Assembly: GCA_938045545.1 (NCBI GenBank) | Contig: CALIBN010000008.1 | Coordinates: 42,631-106,630, forward strand | Reading direction: 5' to 3' | Source of the DNA: an uncultured archaeon | Lineage (GTDB): Archaea; Thermoproteota; EX4484-205; JAAOZP01 | Length of the DNA: 64,000 nt | Notes under the pieces: model-generated | Databases searched by the model: none | Told to the model about the DNA's origin: nothing | The model's input: the letters and a program-made list of their open reading frames with translations, nothing else | In this document: positions 28,866 through 39,333 of the stretch, in pieces | Numbering within the stretch: position 1 is the first letter of the stretch | Layout of the letters: each line of letters opens with the position of its first letter | Translations under genes and position numbers: made by a program

Positions 28866-30158
28866 TTAAGACAGGCTGGTCAGGCCCTCTGGAAACTCCA
28901 GCCCGAAGTCTGAAATCCTCTTCTTAACCATGCTCATTATCTTCTTACCGCTTAGCCTCCTAATGCTCGTGGGCTGCAGTATCCCTATGTCTGTTACAAT
29001 GGCCGTTATGAACCTTGGCGGTGTCACGTCGAAAGCAGGGTTGAAAATCCTAACCTGCTTCCTATCAGGCTCACGCGTCACAATGCTTTCCGAAGGAGGC
29101 CACTCCTCCAGGGCTTTCTCGGAAACCAGCCCCCTGCTCTTCATGTCCTTCGCGATCAGACTATAGGGATACGTTACCTCATCTATGCTCCTCTCTTCAA
29201 TCTCTATATTCCTCCCCTTTTTAACGTCCAGCGATATCGTAGAGTAAGAGGTAGCATAGTAGAAGGGTGACTTGAAATACTTGAAAAGCCGCGCGATGTC
29301 AGCCGAGCCAACCTTATTGGCCACTGAGCCATCTCTAGCCACTCTGTCAGCCCCGAGAATAGCCTTGTTCACCCCTAGCCTTTCGAACGATATTGAAACC
29401 ATATTGTCGGTAATTATTGTCGTAGGAACCCCTACCCTGTTCAGCTCCCACACGGTTAGCCTATATCCCTGGCTCCTTGGCCTCGTCTCCTTAGAGACAA
29501 CCTTAACGTCAACACCGTTCGAGTATGCTTCCTCTATTATGCCTAGAGCATGCCCCATGAGTGTGGAGGAGAGGCTTCCACCGTTGCAGTGCGTCATGAT
29601 CACGTCGCCGTTTCTGACTATCCTTAAGCCGTAACTACGCATATAGTAGTTTAAAGCCATGTCTTGGGCAAGTATGAAGTCCGAGATTTTTCGCAGGGCA
29701 TCAATGGTTTTCTCCAGGCTTCCAGTCTCGTCGTAAAACTTCCTACAATAGTTGTAGGCTAGCATCGTGGCCCAGGCCAACGGGGCTGCGGTGGGCCTCG
29801 CGTAAGCTATTTCCCGAGCCATCTTGCTTAACTCTCCGAGCGGGTCTGAGGCATGCTTAGCCTGCGAGGCGCCTACTAGCAGGGTGTAAGCACCGGCAAC
29901 ACCTATTGCCTGCGACCCTCTTACAACCATGTTTTTTATCGCTTGAACCCCTTCCTTCCAGTCGCCTATTTCCCGTGTGGCGACCTCAAAGGGAAGCTTA
30001 TTCTGATCTAGAAGGATGAGCCTGTTTTTCTCATGGTTATACCAGAGGGTTACCGGGAGGCTTGTCTTCCTGTGTAGCGGGAGGCCAAGCGCAGGATCCT
30101 CCTCAAGCCCAAGCTTGTCTGAAACATGTTTCAAATACTCCAATTTCAGGGTTTTCAA
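28866..30158 (-). CDS. mtnA: Methylthioribose-1-phosphate isomerase (eIF2B-alpha family)
   Basis: LDQ.KLP, MVVRG, RPTA, THCN, ETRP..QG.RLT.WEL, GADR, NKVG, NPAFDVTP. Confidence 0.88.
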   Translation of the reverse strand: MKTLKLEYLKHVSDKLGLEEDPALGLPLHRKTSLPVTLWYNHEKNRLILLDQNKLPFEVATREIGDWKEGVQAIKNMVVRGSQAIGVAGAYTLLVGASQAKHASDPLGELSKMAREIAYARPTAAPLAWATMLAYNYCRKFYDETGSLEKTIDALRKISDFILAQDMALNYYMRSYGLRIVRNGDVIMTHCNGGSLSSTLMGHALGIIEEAYSNGVDVKVVSKETRPRSQGYRLTVWELNRVGVPTTIITDNMVSISFERLGVNKAILGADRVARDGSVANKVGSADIARLFKYFKSPFYYATSYSTISLDVKKGRNIEIEERSIDEVTYPYSLIAKDMKSRGLVSEKALEEWPPSESIVTREPDRKQVRIFNPAFDVTPPRFITAIVTDIGILQPTSIRRLSGKKIMSMVKKRISDFGLEFPEGLTSLS

Positions 30159-30202
30159 ATGTTCCGGAAGTTTTTATCTTTATCCCTCACTAAGCATCAC
30201 GT

Positions 30203-30904
30203 ATGAGGCGCGACGCTGGAAGGCAGGGAGCCGGGGTCTTCAAGTCTGCCGAGATGATAGTTGCCTCAGGAGTGAGGCCTGGTGTTAAGCTGAGCGACAT
30301 ATACGAGGTTTGCACGGAGGCCTTGAAACACGGTATTAGGGATGTCTGCATACCCAGCGTATACCTGGGGGAGGCTGCAACCGTCCTTGAGAATACTGGT
30401 CTAAAGTTGTCTACAATGATATCTTTCCCAACCGGTTTGGCGCCTGTCGAGCTGAAAATGATGGAGGTCAGGCTCGCCTCTGAGCATGGTGCTGAAGAAG
30501 TCTACTTCTACCCGAATTTGGGGAACTATCTGGACAGTAGGGTCGTAGAGTTCGAATCGGAGCTCTCCAGAATGGTGGAGGGCTCTCAGCTACTCGGCTT
30601 GAAAAACGTTAAACCGGTCGTCGAGATAGACCTGGTTTCAGAGAAGCAGTTGAGAGAGCTCACCAGTATTTTCGAAACATCTGGTTTCGACACGGTGGTT
30701 TTCTCAACAGGCTTCGGCTTGAGGAACGTGAGTCTTAAAGAGCTGAGGATTCTCAGCACTGTCGAACAGGATGTTATGGTTGAGGCTCACTGCAGGCTGG
30801 GTTCCATACGGGATTTGCGTAACCTGTTTGAAAACGGGGTTCGTAAAGTATGCACGGTGGACTACAGGGTCGTTTTGGAAGAAGGTTCTGAAAAAACGGC
30901 TTGA
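30203..30904 (+). CDS. DeoC (deoxyribose-phosphate aldolase)-fold protein with degenerate active site
   Basis: VCIPS, ISFPTG, K..E..LA...GAEE, STGF retained; catalytic Asp and both Lys appear replaced. Confidence 0.75.
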   Translation: MRRDAGRQGAGVFKSAEMIVASGVRPGVKLSDIYEVCTEALKHGIRDVCIPSVYLGEAATVLENTGLKLSTMISFPTGLAPVELKMMEVRLASEHGAEEVYFYPNLGNYLDSRVVEFESELSRMVEGSQLLGLKNVKPVVEIDLVSEKQLRELTSIFETSGFDTVVFSTGFGLRNVSLKELRILSTVEQDVMVEAHCRLGSIRDLRNLFENGVRKVCTVDYRVVLEEGSEKTA

Positions 30905-32130
30905 AGAGTAGTCTGGCGGAAAAACATATATCCGGACCCCTAGTGGTCAACATAGCTTTGTCACCGTACAGGGTTGCTTTAATGCCTGGCGATGGGATTG
31001 GGCCCGAGGTGGTGAGGGAGGCTGTTAAAGTGGGAGGAGGCCTACTTGAAGCCATGGGTATTCCGATGTTTTTCGAGGAGTTTCCCAATGGCGCTAACCA
31101 TTACCTTAAAACCGGTGAAACACTTTCAGACTATACTTTGAATAGGCTGAAGGGTTTCGACGCGATTTTCTTCGGGGCCGTCGGGGACCCTAGGGTTAAA
31201 CCGGGGGTTCTCGAGAAAGGTATTCTCCTAAGGATGCGCTTCTCGCTGGATCTTTACGTTAACCTCCGGCCAGTCCGGCTTCTTAAAGGTGTTTCAACAC
31301 CTTTGAAAATACCTGAGAATAGTAGTGTCGACTTCATAGTCATACGTGAAAACACTGAGGATTTCTACGTAGACATGGGTGGAAGGGTATGTGAAGGATG
31401 TTCGAGCGTCTTCGAATACACGGTTGAAACCGGCGGGGCTAGGGGGAGCAGGTACAGGGTTGAGGTTGAAAGCAAGCACGGCGAGGCTTTTCAAATAGGT
31501 GTGATATCGGCTAAGGGCGCTGAAAGAATAGTGAGATATGGTTTCGAATACGCTGTTAGAAAAGGCTTGAAACTCTTAACCTTCGTCGACAAGGCTAACG
31601 TGCTTACTGAAGCATATGGTCTATGGAGGGAGGTTGCTGAGAAAGTAGGCGAAGAGTATGCTGACAGGGTTAGGATAGAATTCATGTATGTCGACGCTGC
31701 GGCGCTCCACATGGTTTTAAACCCTTGGCGTTTCAAGATAATCGTTGCACCGAACATGTTCGGAGACATTTTAACGGACTTGGGGGCTGCGATCCAGGGC
31801 GGCCTCGGTTTCGCGCCGAGTGGAAACATTAATCCCGAGGGCGTTTCAATGTTTGAGCCTGTTCATGGAAGTGCTCCCGACAAGGCTGGCATGAACATAG
31901 CTAACCCTGTTGCGGCAATACTCTCGTTCTCCCTCATGCTTGAACACTTGTGGAGCAGAAGCGGGGATAAGCGTCTGCTAGAGGCCTCTAGGATAATTGA
32001 GAATGCTGTGGAGAATGTTTTGGCAAGCGGCAGGTGCAGGACTCCGGACATGGGTGGAGACTCTAAGACGAGCGAAATGGGAGACGCGGTTCTAGAGGAA
32101 TCCAAACGCTTATTGTCAGATGCGGGATGA
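30901..32130 (+). CDS. leuB: 3-isopropylmalate/isocitrate-family beta-decarboxylating dehydrogenase
   Basis: GDGIGPEV, RENTE, DKANV, NMFGDILTD, EPVHGSAPD; exact substrate uncertain. Confidence 0.82.
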   Translation: MKSSLAEKHISGPLVVNIALSPYRVALMPGDGIGPEVVREAVKVGGGLLEAMGIPMFFEEFPNGANHYLKTGETLSDYTLNRLKGFDAIFFGAVGDPRVKPGVLEKGILLRMRFSLDLYVNLRPVRLLKGVSTPLKIPENSSVDFIVIRENTEDFYVDMGGRVCEGCSSVFEYTVETGGARGSRYRVEVESKHGEAFQIGVISAKGAERIVRYGFEYAVRKGLKLLTFVDKANVLTEAYGLWREVAEKVGEEYADRVRIEFMYVDAAALHMVLNPWRFKIIVAPNMFGDILTDLGAAIQGGLGFAPSGNINPEGVSMFEPVHGSAPDKAGMNIANPVAAILSFSLMLEHLWSRSGDKRLLEASRIIENAVENVLASGRCRTPDMGGDSKTSEMGDAVLEESKRLLSDAG

Positions 32131-33242
32131 AGAGCCTAGTATTCAAGAAGGATGGGCTTCACAGGCTTAGTGCAAGCTACATTCCTGAAAGAATTCCCAA
32201 TAGGGAGGCACACCAGCTTGAGATATTCAACACTGTAATAGGCTTCCTAGAAGGCAGGCTCCCACTGAAAGCCATGGTTGTAAACGGTCCAAGTGGCTCG
32301 GGTAAAACCGTCACTGTGAAGAAGGCTTCTGAACAGGTTTTAAAATACTGCAGCCAGAGGAGTATTAAGCTTGAATACAGGCATTTAAACACTAGGTTTG
32401 CTTCCTCAGACTTCACTCTTGCACAGATGATTGCGCTCAGCCTAATGCCCAACATACCTGGCAGGGGATACAGTAGCAAGGAGCTCCTGTTCACAGTCTT
32501 CGACTATCTTGAAAAATCAGGCAGTAGCTTCCTGCTCGTCCTGGATGATTTCGACAGTTTCCTTAGCGGTGTTAGAAGCAGGTTTTTCACTGATCTTTTA
32601 AAGATTTCAGAGGAGTATGAGGACAGGGTTAAGTTAATCCTGATACTCATCGGGATAGAGGATGTTTCCCTTAAGGTTAAAGACTCTTGGGCAACCTCCT
32701 TCTTCTGGAAGATAGGCAGGAGCTTCAAACCATACAGTGCTGAAGAAATATCGGTCATACTTAAGGATAGGGTGGAGCTCTCTTTCAACGAAAACAGTGT
32801 CGACGATTCCCTCGTATACTTTATAGGTAGGCTGACTGAAAGATTCGGGTACGGTTCAGCAAGGTATGGCATTGAGCTCCTACTTGCAAGCGGGCTTAAC
32901 GCGAGCTACGAGGGGTCTTCCAGAGTGGTTCCCGAACATGTGAGAGAGGCCCAGTTCAGAATTGAAAGCATTATTACTCCGGAGGATTTGAAAACGGTTT
33001 TCTCTCAGGATCCTGAAATACACAGGCTTGTCGAGAGGCTTCTACGCGTTTTCGAGTCTTGCGAGGAGCCTTTCATAGGCTTCAAGACACTTGAGGAGTA
33101 TGGTGTTCGAACGAGGGATAGCAGTGTTGTTGATAAGCTTAAGAGGCTGCACTTAGAGGGGCTGCTGGACTATAACCCGTCTCGGAGAGAGGTTGCACTG
33201 ATAGGGATGCCCCTCCGTCTTCTTCAACAGGCTTTCGACTAG
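32127..33242 (+). CDS. cdc6: Cdc6/Orc1 family AAA+ ATPase
   Basis: YIPERIPNRE, GPSGSGKT, LVLDDFD, F.PYSAEEI..IL.DR, GSARYGIELL. Confidence 0.85.
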   Translation: MKSLVFKKDGLHRLSASYIPERIPNREAHQLEIFNTVIGFLEGRLPLKAMVVNGPSGSGKTVTVKKASEQVLKYCSQRSIKLEYRHLNTRFASSDFTLAQMIALSLMPNIPGRGYSSKELLFTVFDYLEKSGSSFLLVLDDFDSFLSGVRSRFFTDLLKISEEYEDRVKLILILIGIEDVSLKVKDSWATSFFWKIGRSFKPYSAEEISVILKDRVELSFNENSVDDSLVYFIGRLTERFGYGSARYGIELLLASGLNASYEGSSRVVPEHVREAQFRIESIITPEDLKTVFSQDPEIHRLVERLLRVFESCEEPFIGFKTLEEYGVRTRDSSVVDKLKRLHLEGLLDYNPSRREVALIGMPLRLLQQAFD

Positions 33243-33879
33243 TCTTCTTCCTGCGGGAAACCAGTATTAGTAACACTACTGCTATAAACGTCGCGAGGAG
33301 CAGGTAGTTCAGCAGAGTAACATTCCCCTCGCTGATGCTTGTTCCAACCTTCTCACCCATATAGCTGTAGAAGAGGGCTCTTGGAACCGTCCCTAAGAAG
33401 GTTGCGACGGTGAACGATGCTAAGGCTATTCCAGTCGCCCCAGCGAAGTAGGATACGGCGTCGAAGGAAATCCAGGGTATGAATCTGGCCGCGAAAATTA
33501 TTTTATACCCGTGCTTTACGAAAAGATTCTCCACTTTCTCCAGCTGTTCCCCGTTCACCAGCCTTTCAACCAGAGGTCTTCCAAACTTTAAGCCTATCGC
33601 ATAGTTTATCAGGGCGCCGCTCATCAGGCCGAGTGTCCCCGCTGCTGAGGAGGCTTCGAAGCCGAAAGCAGAGCCACCCATAATCAGCACTGCTTCAGCG
33701 GGTATAACTGCTATAATCGATTGGATAACCATGAGCAGGTAGAAGCCGAGCAATCCTCCTTTCAGCATTGCCTCCTGAAGCTGGTTGAAATACTCGGAGA
33801 AAACCCTGGGGGCAACGTTAACCATGATGATCGCTATAACCAGGATTATTGAAAGCAGCAGCTTAACGTCCAGCTTCAA
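33139..33879 (-). CDS. TVP38/TMEM64 (DedA/VTT) membrane protein
   Basis: IPAE, ARFIP.ISFD.VSY.AG motifs; multi-TM; 3' end overlaps cdc6 by about 100 bp. Confidence 0.88.
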   Translation of the reverse strand: MKLDVKLLLSIILVIAIIMVNVAPRVFSEYFNQLQEAMLKGGLLGFYLLMVIQSIIAVIPAEAVLIMGGSAFGFEASSAAGTLGLMSGALINYAIGLKFGRPLVERLVNGEQLEKVENLFVKHGYKIIFAARFIPWISFDAVSYFAGATGIALASFTVATFLGTVPRALFYSYMGEKVGTSISEGNVTLLNYLLLATFIAVVLLILVSRRKKTSRKPVEEDGGASLSVQPLSETGYSPAAPLSAAS

Positions 33880-33997
33880 CTCCAGGCCTCCCTAGCCTTC
33901 TGCACAGAGCCCTTATTAATGCTTAGCCGGCGAGGAAACCTTTAAAAAACTTTCTTAAGGAAGACGCTTATTCCCAAGAGGCAGAGGAGGATAACGG

Positions 33998-35128
33998 TTG
34001 AAGCCTGAAGCGTGTTCAAACAGCATTTCGATGCTTGACGATGTTGAAGCAATCAGGATGGTCGACAAGGGAAACATGGGGATGATGATATCCTCGTTCC
34101 CAAGGCTGTTGAAAGAGGCGGTGACACTATCCCGGGGCCTGGCTCTCCCCGGGGACTACAGGAACGTCAAGGAGATTGTTGTGTGCGGAATGGGCGGTTC
34201 AGCCATAGGCGGGGATCTTTTCAAAGACCTTTCTCAAAATAACATCCCTTTAAGCGTCTCCATAATCAGGGACTACGACCTGCCTCGGCACGTGGATGAG
34301 AACAGCCTGGTGGTAGCGGTAAGCTACTCCGGAAACACTGAGGAAACCCTGGAGGCTTTCAAGCAGGCTTACGAGAAGGGTTCACGCATTGTTGCAATCG
34401 CCTCCAACGGTCTGCTGGAGAAGTCTTGCTTCAAGCTTAGAATACCGTTCCTAAGGGTTCCATCGGGGTACACGCCTAGGTCAGCTCTCCCCCTGCTCTT
34501 CATACCTTTGTTGAAGGTGGCTGAGGAAATAGGTTTTCCACTTGTGGGCGAGGGTGAGCTGGCTGAAGCCCAAAGGCTGGTTGAAGAGTATAATAATAAG
34601 CTTACCCCGGAGAACCCTTTAAGCCGGAACCCTGCTAAACAGCTGGCTGCCAGGCTACATGGGAAACTCCCCATCATATACTCCATGGGCCACTTGAAGT
34701 CTGTAGCCCTGCGGTTTAAGGATCAGATTAATGAGAACGCTAAGATGAGGGCTATGTGCGACCAGCTTCCGGAGGCAAACCACAACGAGGTTGAAGCATG
34801 GGAGAAGATTGATTTCAAGGAGCTTCTCCATGTTGTCTTCATCGACAGCCGTTTCAAAAACCCTTATCTTGCTGAAAGCTTCAACCAGCTTGTTTCAACG
34901 ATTGAACGAGAGGGTGTTGGGTTAAGCATGGTTAAACCGCTGGGCGAAACGATGCTTGAGGAAATGCTTTCAGCAATAATCATGGGGGACTGGGTGAGCT
35001 ACTATCTTGCAATACTCCGGGGGATTGACCCTGCCCCCGTCAGGCTGATAACCGAGCTGAAGAGGAAGCACGATGAGAAAATGAGGTATTCTGAAAAGTT
35101 TGAAGAATGGCTGTTCAAGTCTGGCTGA
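33998..35128 (+). CDS. Bifunctional phosphoglucose/phosphomannose isomerase
   Basis: GMGGSAIGG, SYSGNTEET, QINENAK, PEANHNE motifs. Confidence 0.93.
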   Translation: MKPEACSNSISMLDDVEAIRMVDKGNMGMMISSFPRLLKEAVTLSRGLALPGDYRNVKEIVVCGMGGSAIGGDLFKDLSQNNIPLSVSIIRDYDLPRHVDENSLVVAVSYSGNTEETLEAFKQAYEKGSRIVAIASNGLLEKSCFKLRIPFLRVPSGYTPRSALPLLFIPLLKVAEEIGFPLVGEGELAEAQRLVEEYNNKLTPENPLSRNPAKQLAARLHGKLPIIYSMGHLKSVALRFKDQINENAKMRAMCDQLPEANHNEVEAWEKIDFKELLHVVFIDSRFKNPYLAESFNQLVSTIEREGVGLSMVKPLGETMLEEMLSAIIMGDWVSYYLAILRGIDPAPVRLITELKRKHDEKMRYSEKFEEWLFKSG

Positions 35129-35138
35129 GGGATGAGGC

Positions 35139-35894
35139 CTAGAGATACTTTTTAATACCGTTCTTCTCCAAGCTTCTCTCGCTTGCAAGTATCTTCGTCA
35201 AATCGAGCATACTGATCCTCCTAAACTCAATCCTGTTTCTCCTAAGCATTCTCTCAGCCTTCTCCGTCACGCCTGGGGCTAAGAGCACGATCCTGACGCC
35301 TGGGCCAATGCCTCCAGCATATCTTGTCAACTGTCTAACAGCCTCCAACCCCGCCCTGTCCTTCTTTATTTCCACTATTGTTCTACGGTTGTTCGCGTCA
35401 ACCCCAACGATGTCAACAACCCCGGTTTTCTCCCTTGCTTCCGCAGATGTTACTCTAAACCCTTCCTCCACAAGCTCAGGGTGCGTGCGGAGAATTTCAG
35501 AAATCTCCTTCTCGCTCAAGTACATTTGGAATCCCCCCTTATCCTCGAGCCTTCCTGAGAAAATACTTCTCACTTTGTGTATTTTCACTACGACTTTCTC
35601 TGGCTTCCTCACCCTTTTAACGGTGAGGACAATATGATCCCCTTTGACGGTAACCCCAACGTAATTCGGGGGAGGCTGCCAGTTAACGGGCTCAAGCCCG
35701 CGAGGCCTGTGGATCAGGAAGGAAGTGTCCTCCTTGATAATTAGGAGTCTCTCACCATTCTCCAGGGATGATCTTGCTCTTCCAACGTAGTCCGCCTCAC
35801 ACAGGCAGACTAGCGCGATGAACTCCTTAGTGCTAACCGCCTTCTTAAGCTGTTCCGCCACCTCCTCCAAGTCGAGTTTAACCATCAGCCTCAT
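35139..35894 (-). CDS. nucS: Mismatch endonuclease NucS/EndoMS
   Basis: YVGRA, IKED..LIH, PVNWQP, D..G.D, VEIK, QL.RY. Confidence 0.93.
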   Translation of the reverse strand: MRLMVKLDLEEVAEQLKKAVSTKEFIALVCLCEADYVGRARSSLENGERLLIIKEDTSFLIHRPRGLEPVNWQPPPNYVGVTVKGDHIVLTVKRVRKPEKVVVKIHKVRSIFSGRLEDKGGFQMYLSEKEISEILRTHPELVEEGFRVTSAEAREKTGVVDIVGVDANNRRTIVEIKKDRAGLEAVRQLTRYAGGIGPGVRIVLLAPGVTEKAERMLRRNRIEFRRISMLDLTKILASERSLEKNGIKKYL

Positions 35895-36092
35895 AAGCGG
35901 CTGACAGCATTTATTTCTTTTTTCAACATTCTGTCGCTGTTCGAATCAAGGTTTTAAACTGTTTCGCAAAGTTTATGTACGAATGCTTTTTAACCGTTTC
36001 GTTTCACGAGAATTGACGGTGAAACTTAATAAACCCCCTCTTGGAAAATCTTTTTGGTTGAAAACTGTGGATAGGAGGGGAGATGCTGAGCG

Positions 36093-38360
36093 TTGAACGA
36101 TAAGAAGGAGGGTTTTCCAAACGACTCTGGAAGAAGGAAGGATCAGCCTGACTATGTTTATCTGCGTGTCGCCGAGGCTCAGCCCACCGACGTGGGGCGG
36201 GGCTACGCCAGGATAGATCCGGAGGTTGCGAAGCTTCTGAACCTTTCACCTGGGGACGCTATTGAGATAGTTGGCAGAAGGAAGACTTATGCTCTCGTGT
36301 GGCCCGCGTCGGCCAAGGATAGGGGTCTCGGCCTGATCAGGATAGATGGTTACACAAGGGAGAATGTTGGCGTCAGCCTCGACGATAAGGTTAGGATCAG
36401 AAAGGTAACGGCTAGGTACGCTACTACCGTTGTTCTGGCGCATACCGAGCAGCCCAGGATGGTTAACGGCGAGGAGTTTGTGAAAAGCATAATGATAGGC
36501 AGGATAATAAACAGGGGAGACATTATTCCCGTGAGGATAATGGGTAAGATTGTTCAACTGGTCGTCGTATCCTATCAGCCTGCTGCTGAAGCAGTAATCG
36601 TTACTGAGGACACTGTGGTTAAGATTAGTGAGAAAATATACCAGATTAAGAAGCTTCTCCCGAGGGTGACCTACGAGGACATAGGCGGCTTGGAGGAGGC
36701 TATTCAGAAGATCCGGGAGATGGTTGAGCTCCCCCTTAGGCACCCTGAGCTTTTCGACAGGCTGGGAATAGAGGCTCCCAAGGGTATTCTTCTCTACGGG
36801 CCGCCTGGCACAGGCAAGACCCTGCTCGCGAAAGCCGTGGCGAACGAGACTAACGCGCACTTCATAAGTATAAGCGGGCCTGAGATAATGAGCAAGTATT
36901 ACGGTGAGAGCGAGCAGAGGCTGAGAGAAATATTTAAGGAGGCTGAGGAGAACTCTCCGAGCATAGTTTTCATAGATGAGCTCGACTCGATAGCTCCTAA
37001 GAGGGAGGATGTTACCGGGGAGGTTGAGAAAAGAGTTGTAGCCCAGCTTCTCTCACTTATGGACGGTCTGCAGACACGTGGAAAAGTCGTTGTGATAGGC
37101 TGCACGAACAGGGTTAACGCGATAGATCCTGCTTTGCGCAGGCCCGGGAGGTTCGACAGGGAGATAGAGATAGGAGTGCCCGATAAGAAGGCGAGGCTGG
37201 AGATACTTCAGATCCACGTAAGAGGTATGCCGCTCTCTGAAGACGTCGATCTAAAAAGGCTGGCTGAGCTAACCCCGGGCTTCGTCGGCGCTGATCTCGC
37301 AGCACTAGCCAAGGAGGCTGCCTTAAGATGTTTGAGGGAAATCCTTCCAGAGATAGACCTTGAAACCGAAGTCATACCGATAGAGGTTCTGAGCAAGCTA
37401 GTGGTTAGGATGAAGCATTTCATGGATGCTTTGAAGGAGATAGAGCCATCAGCGTTGAGAGAGATAATGGTTGAGAGTCCCAACGTGCATTGGGATGATA
37501 TTGGTGGTCTGGAGGATGTTAAGAGGGAGCTAATAACCTCGATAGAGTGGCCGCTAAGATTCCCGGAGCTTTTCAAAAAGCTTAGCATAAGGCAGCCTAA
37601 GGGTATTCTTCTCTACGGGCCGCCTGGCACAGGCAAGACCCTGCTCGCGAAAGCCTTGGCGACTGAGAGCGAGGCCAACTTCATAAGCATCAAGGGTCCG
37701 GAGCTGCTTTCAAAATGGGTCGGCGAGTCTGAAAGGGGGATTAGAGAAGTCTTTAGGAAGGCTAGGCAGGTTGCCCCCTGCATAATCTTCTTCGACGAGA
37801 TTGATTCAATCGCTCCCCTCAGAGGCAGGGATGTGAGCAGCGACGTTACTGAGAGGGTTGTCAGCCAGCTTCTAACCGAGATGGATGGACTGCAGGATCT
37901 AAGAGGAGTCATAGTCATAGGTGCGACGAACAGGCCCGACATAATTGATCCCGCCTTGCTCAGGGCTGGACGGTTCGACAAGCTTATAGGCTTAAGCTGG
38001 CCCGATAAGGAGACGCGTAAGAAAATATTCCAGATACACTTAAGGGGGAAGCCTATTGCTCCAGACGTGAACATTGACGAGCTGGCTTCGATGACTGAAG
38101 GTTTCTCTGGGGCTGACATAGCTCAGTCTTGCAACGACGCTGGCCTCATAGCGATAAAAGAGCTGCTGCAGATGACGAGCGACGAGGAGAAGGTTATGAG
38201 GATGACTGAGAAGCTCGTCATTCAGAAGAGGCACCTTATGGAGGCAATAACAAAGATAAACATCCCGTCTCCAGATGAACGCAGGGCCTACGAGCTGATG
38301 ATGTCGAAGTTCGCTGGAACAGCGAAATCGACGATAATGGCTTCGCCGACGCTTGTTTAA
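36093..38360 (+). CDS. cdc48: CDC48/VAT/p97 AAA ATPase
   Basis: N domain plus two AAA modules with [16 protein letters not shown] and SRH motifs. Confidence 0.97.
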   Translation: MNDKKEGFPNDSGRRKDQPDYVYLRVAEAQPTDVGRGYARIDPEVAKLLNLSPGDAIEIVGRRKTYALVWPASAKDRGLGLIRIDGYTRENVGVSLDDKVRIRKVTARYATTVVLAHTEQPRMVNGEEFVKSIMIGRIINRGDIIPVRIMGKIVQLVVVSYQPAAEAVIVTEDTVVKISEKIYQIKKLLPRVTYEDIGGLEEAIQKIREMVELPLRHPELFDRLGIEAPKGILLYGPPGTGKTLLAKAVANETNAHFISISGPEIMSKYYGESEQRLREIFKEAEENSPSIVFIDELDSIAPKREDVTGEVEKRVVAQLLSLMDGLQTRGKVVVIGCTNRVNAIDPALRRPGRFDREIEIGVPDKKARLEILQIHVRGMPLSEDVDLKRLAELTPGFVGADLAALAKEAALRCLREILPEIDLETEVIPIEVLSKLVVRMKHFMDALKEIEPSALREIMVESPNVHWDDIGGLEDVKRELITSIEWPLRFPELFKKLSIRQPKGILLYGPPGTGKTLLAKALATESEANFISIKGPELLSKWVGESERGIREVFRKARQVAPCIIFFDEIDSIAPLRGRDVSSDVTERVVSQLLTEMDGLQDLRGVIVIGATNRPDIIDPALLRAGRFDKLIGLSWPDKETRKKIFQIHLRGKPIAPDVNIDELASMTEGFSGADIAQSCNDAGLIAIKELLQMTSDEEKVMRMTEKLVIQKRHLMEAITKINIPSPDERRAYELMMSKFAGTAKSTIMASPTLV
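36780..37655 (+). repeat. Perfect 57-bp direct repeat (36780-36836 and 37599-37655)
   Basis: Both copies read aagggtattcttctctacgggccgcctggcacaggcaagaccctgctcgcgaaagcc. Confidence 0.95.
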
Positions 38361-38419
38361 ACAGGTTTAGAGGAGAAAACATTTATTTATTTCAGGCGTA
38401 GAGACTAGTCGAGCAAGCC

Positions 38420-39274
38420 ATGTGTGCGAGCGTAAGGTACAGGCCTCCTGAAACAGCTGAAATCGGTATTTTCGGGGGAACAGGCAACTACGATCCTTCT
38501 TATCTCCAGGACGCTAAACAGTTTAAAGTATACACGCCCTACGGGCCGCCCTCAGACCTCGTAACAGTAGGGTGGGTTAAGGACAGGAAGGTTGCCTTCC
38601 TGCCTAGGCACGGCAGGCACCACACAATACCGCCCTACAGGGTTAACTATAGGGCGAACGTCTGGGCTTTCAAAACAATGGGCGTAACAAGGATAATAAG
38701 CCCAGCGGCCGTCGGAAGCCTTCAGCCGGAGTTCATAAAACCCTACGAGTTCGTAGTAGTAGACCAGTTTTTCGACAGGACGACGAACAGGAGGAGCCTC
38801 TCCTTCTACGAGGGCGGGGTCGTTGGACACGTGCCCTTCAGCGACCCGGTCTGCCCGGAGCTGAGGAGGATATTCCTGGACTCAGGTAGGAGGGTGCTTC
38901 CCGACGTGAAGATTCATCCGACGCCGGAGGAGGAGGCTGAGGGAAAATCGTTCACCTACGTAACTATTGAGGGCCCAAGGTTCTCGACAAGGGCTGAATC
39001 CCTCTTCTACAAGAGCCTAGGGTTCTCGGTCGTAGGTATGACAGCCGTTTCTGAAGCATACTTGGCTAGGGAGGCTGAGATATGTTTTCTAAGCATAGCG
39101 CTCATCACTGACACGGATGTATACGGCTTAATGCCGGTTACGGCTGAAAGAGTCGCTAAAAGCATGAGGGAGAATGTTGCGAACGTCAATAAGCTTATCT
39201 ATGAGACGATCCCCATCATACCTAGGGAAAGGAAGTGTGGTTGCGGTACTGTGCTGGATGTTTCACTCTATTAA
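38420..39274 (+). CDS. mtnP: 5'-methylthioadenosine phosphorylase
   Basis: GIFGGTG, RHG, AVGSL, EGPRFSTRAES, GMT..E..LARE, TDTD. Confidence 0.9.
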   Translation: MCASVRYRPPETAEIGIFGGTGNYDPSYLQDAKQFKVYTPYGPPSDLVTVGWVKDRKVAFLPRHGRHHTIPPYRVNYRANVWAFKTMGVTRIISPAAVGSLQPEFIKPYEFVVVDQFFDRTTNRRSLSFYEGGVVGHVPFSDPVCPELRRIFLDSGRRVLPDVKIHPTPEEEAEGKSFTYVTIEGPRFSTRAESLFYKSLGFSVVGMTAVSEAYLAREAEICFLSIALITDTDVYGLMPVTAERVAKSMRENVANVNKLIYETIPIIPRERKCGCGTVLDVSLY

Positions 39275-39333
39275 GGAGGATGAGGATCCCATAGCTTTGA
39301 GGAGGGCTCAGCAGACGGGGGAAACGGATACGC

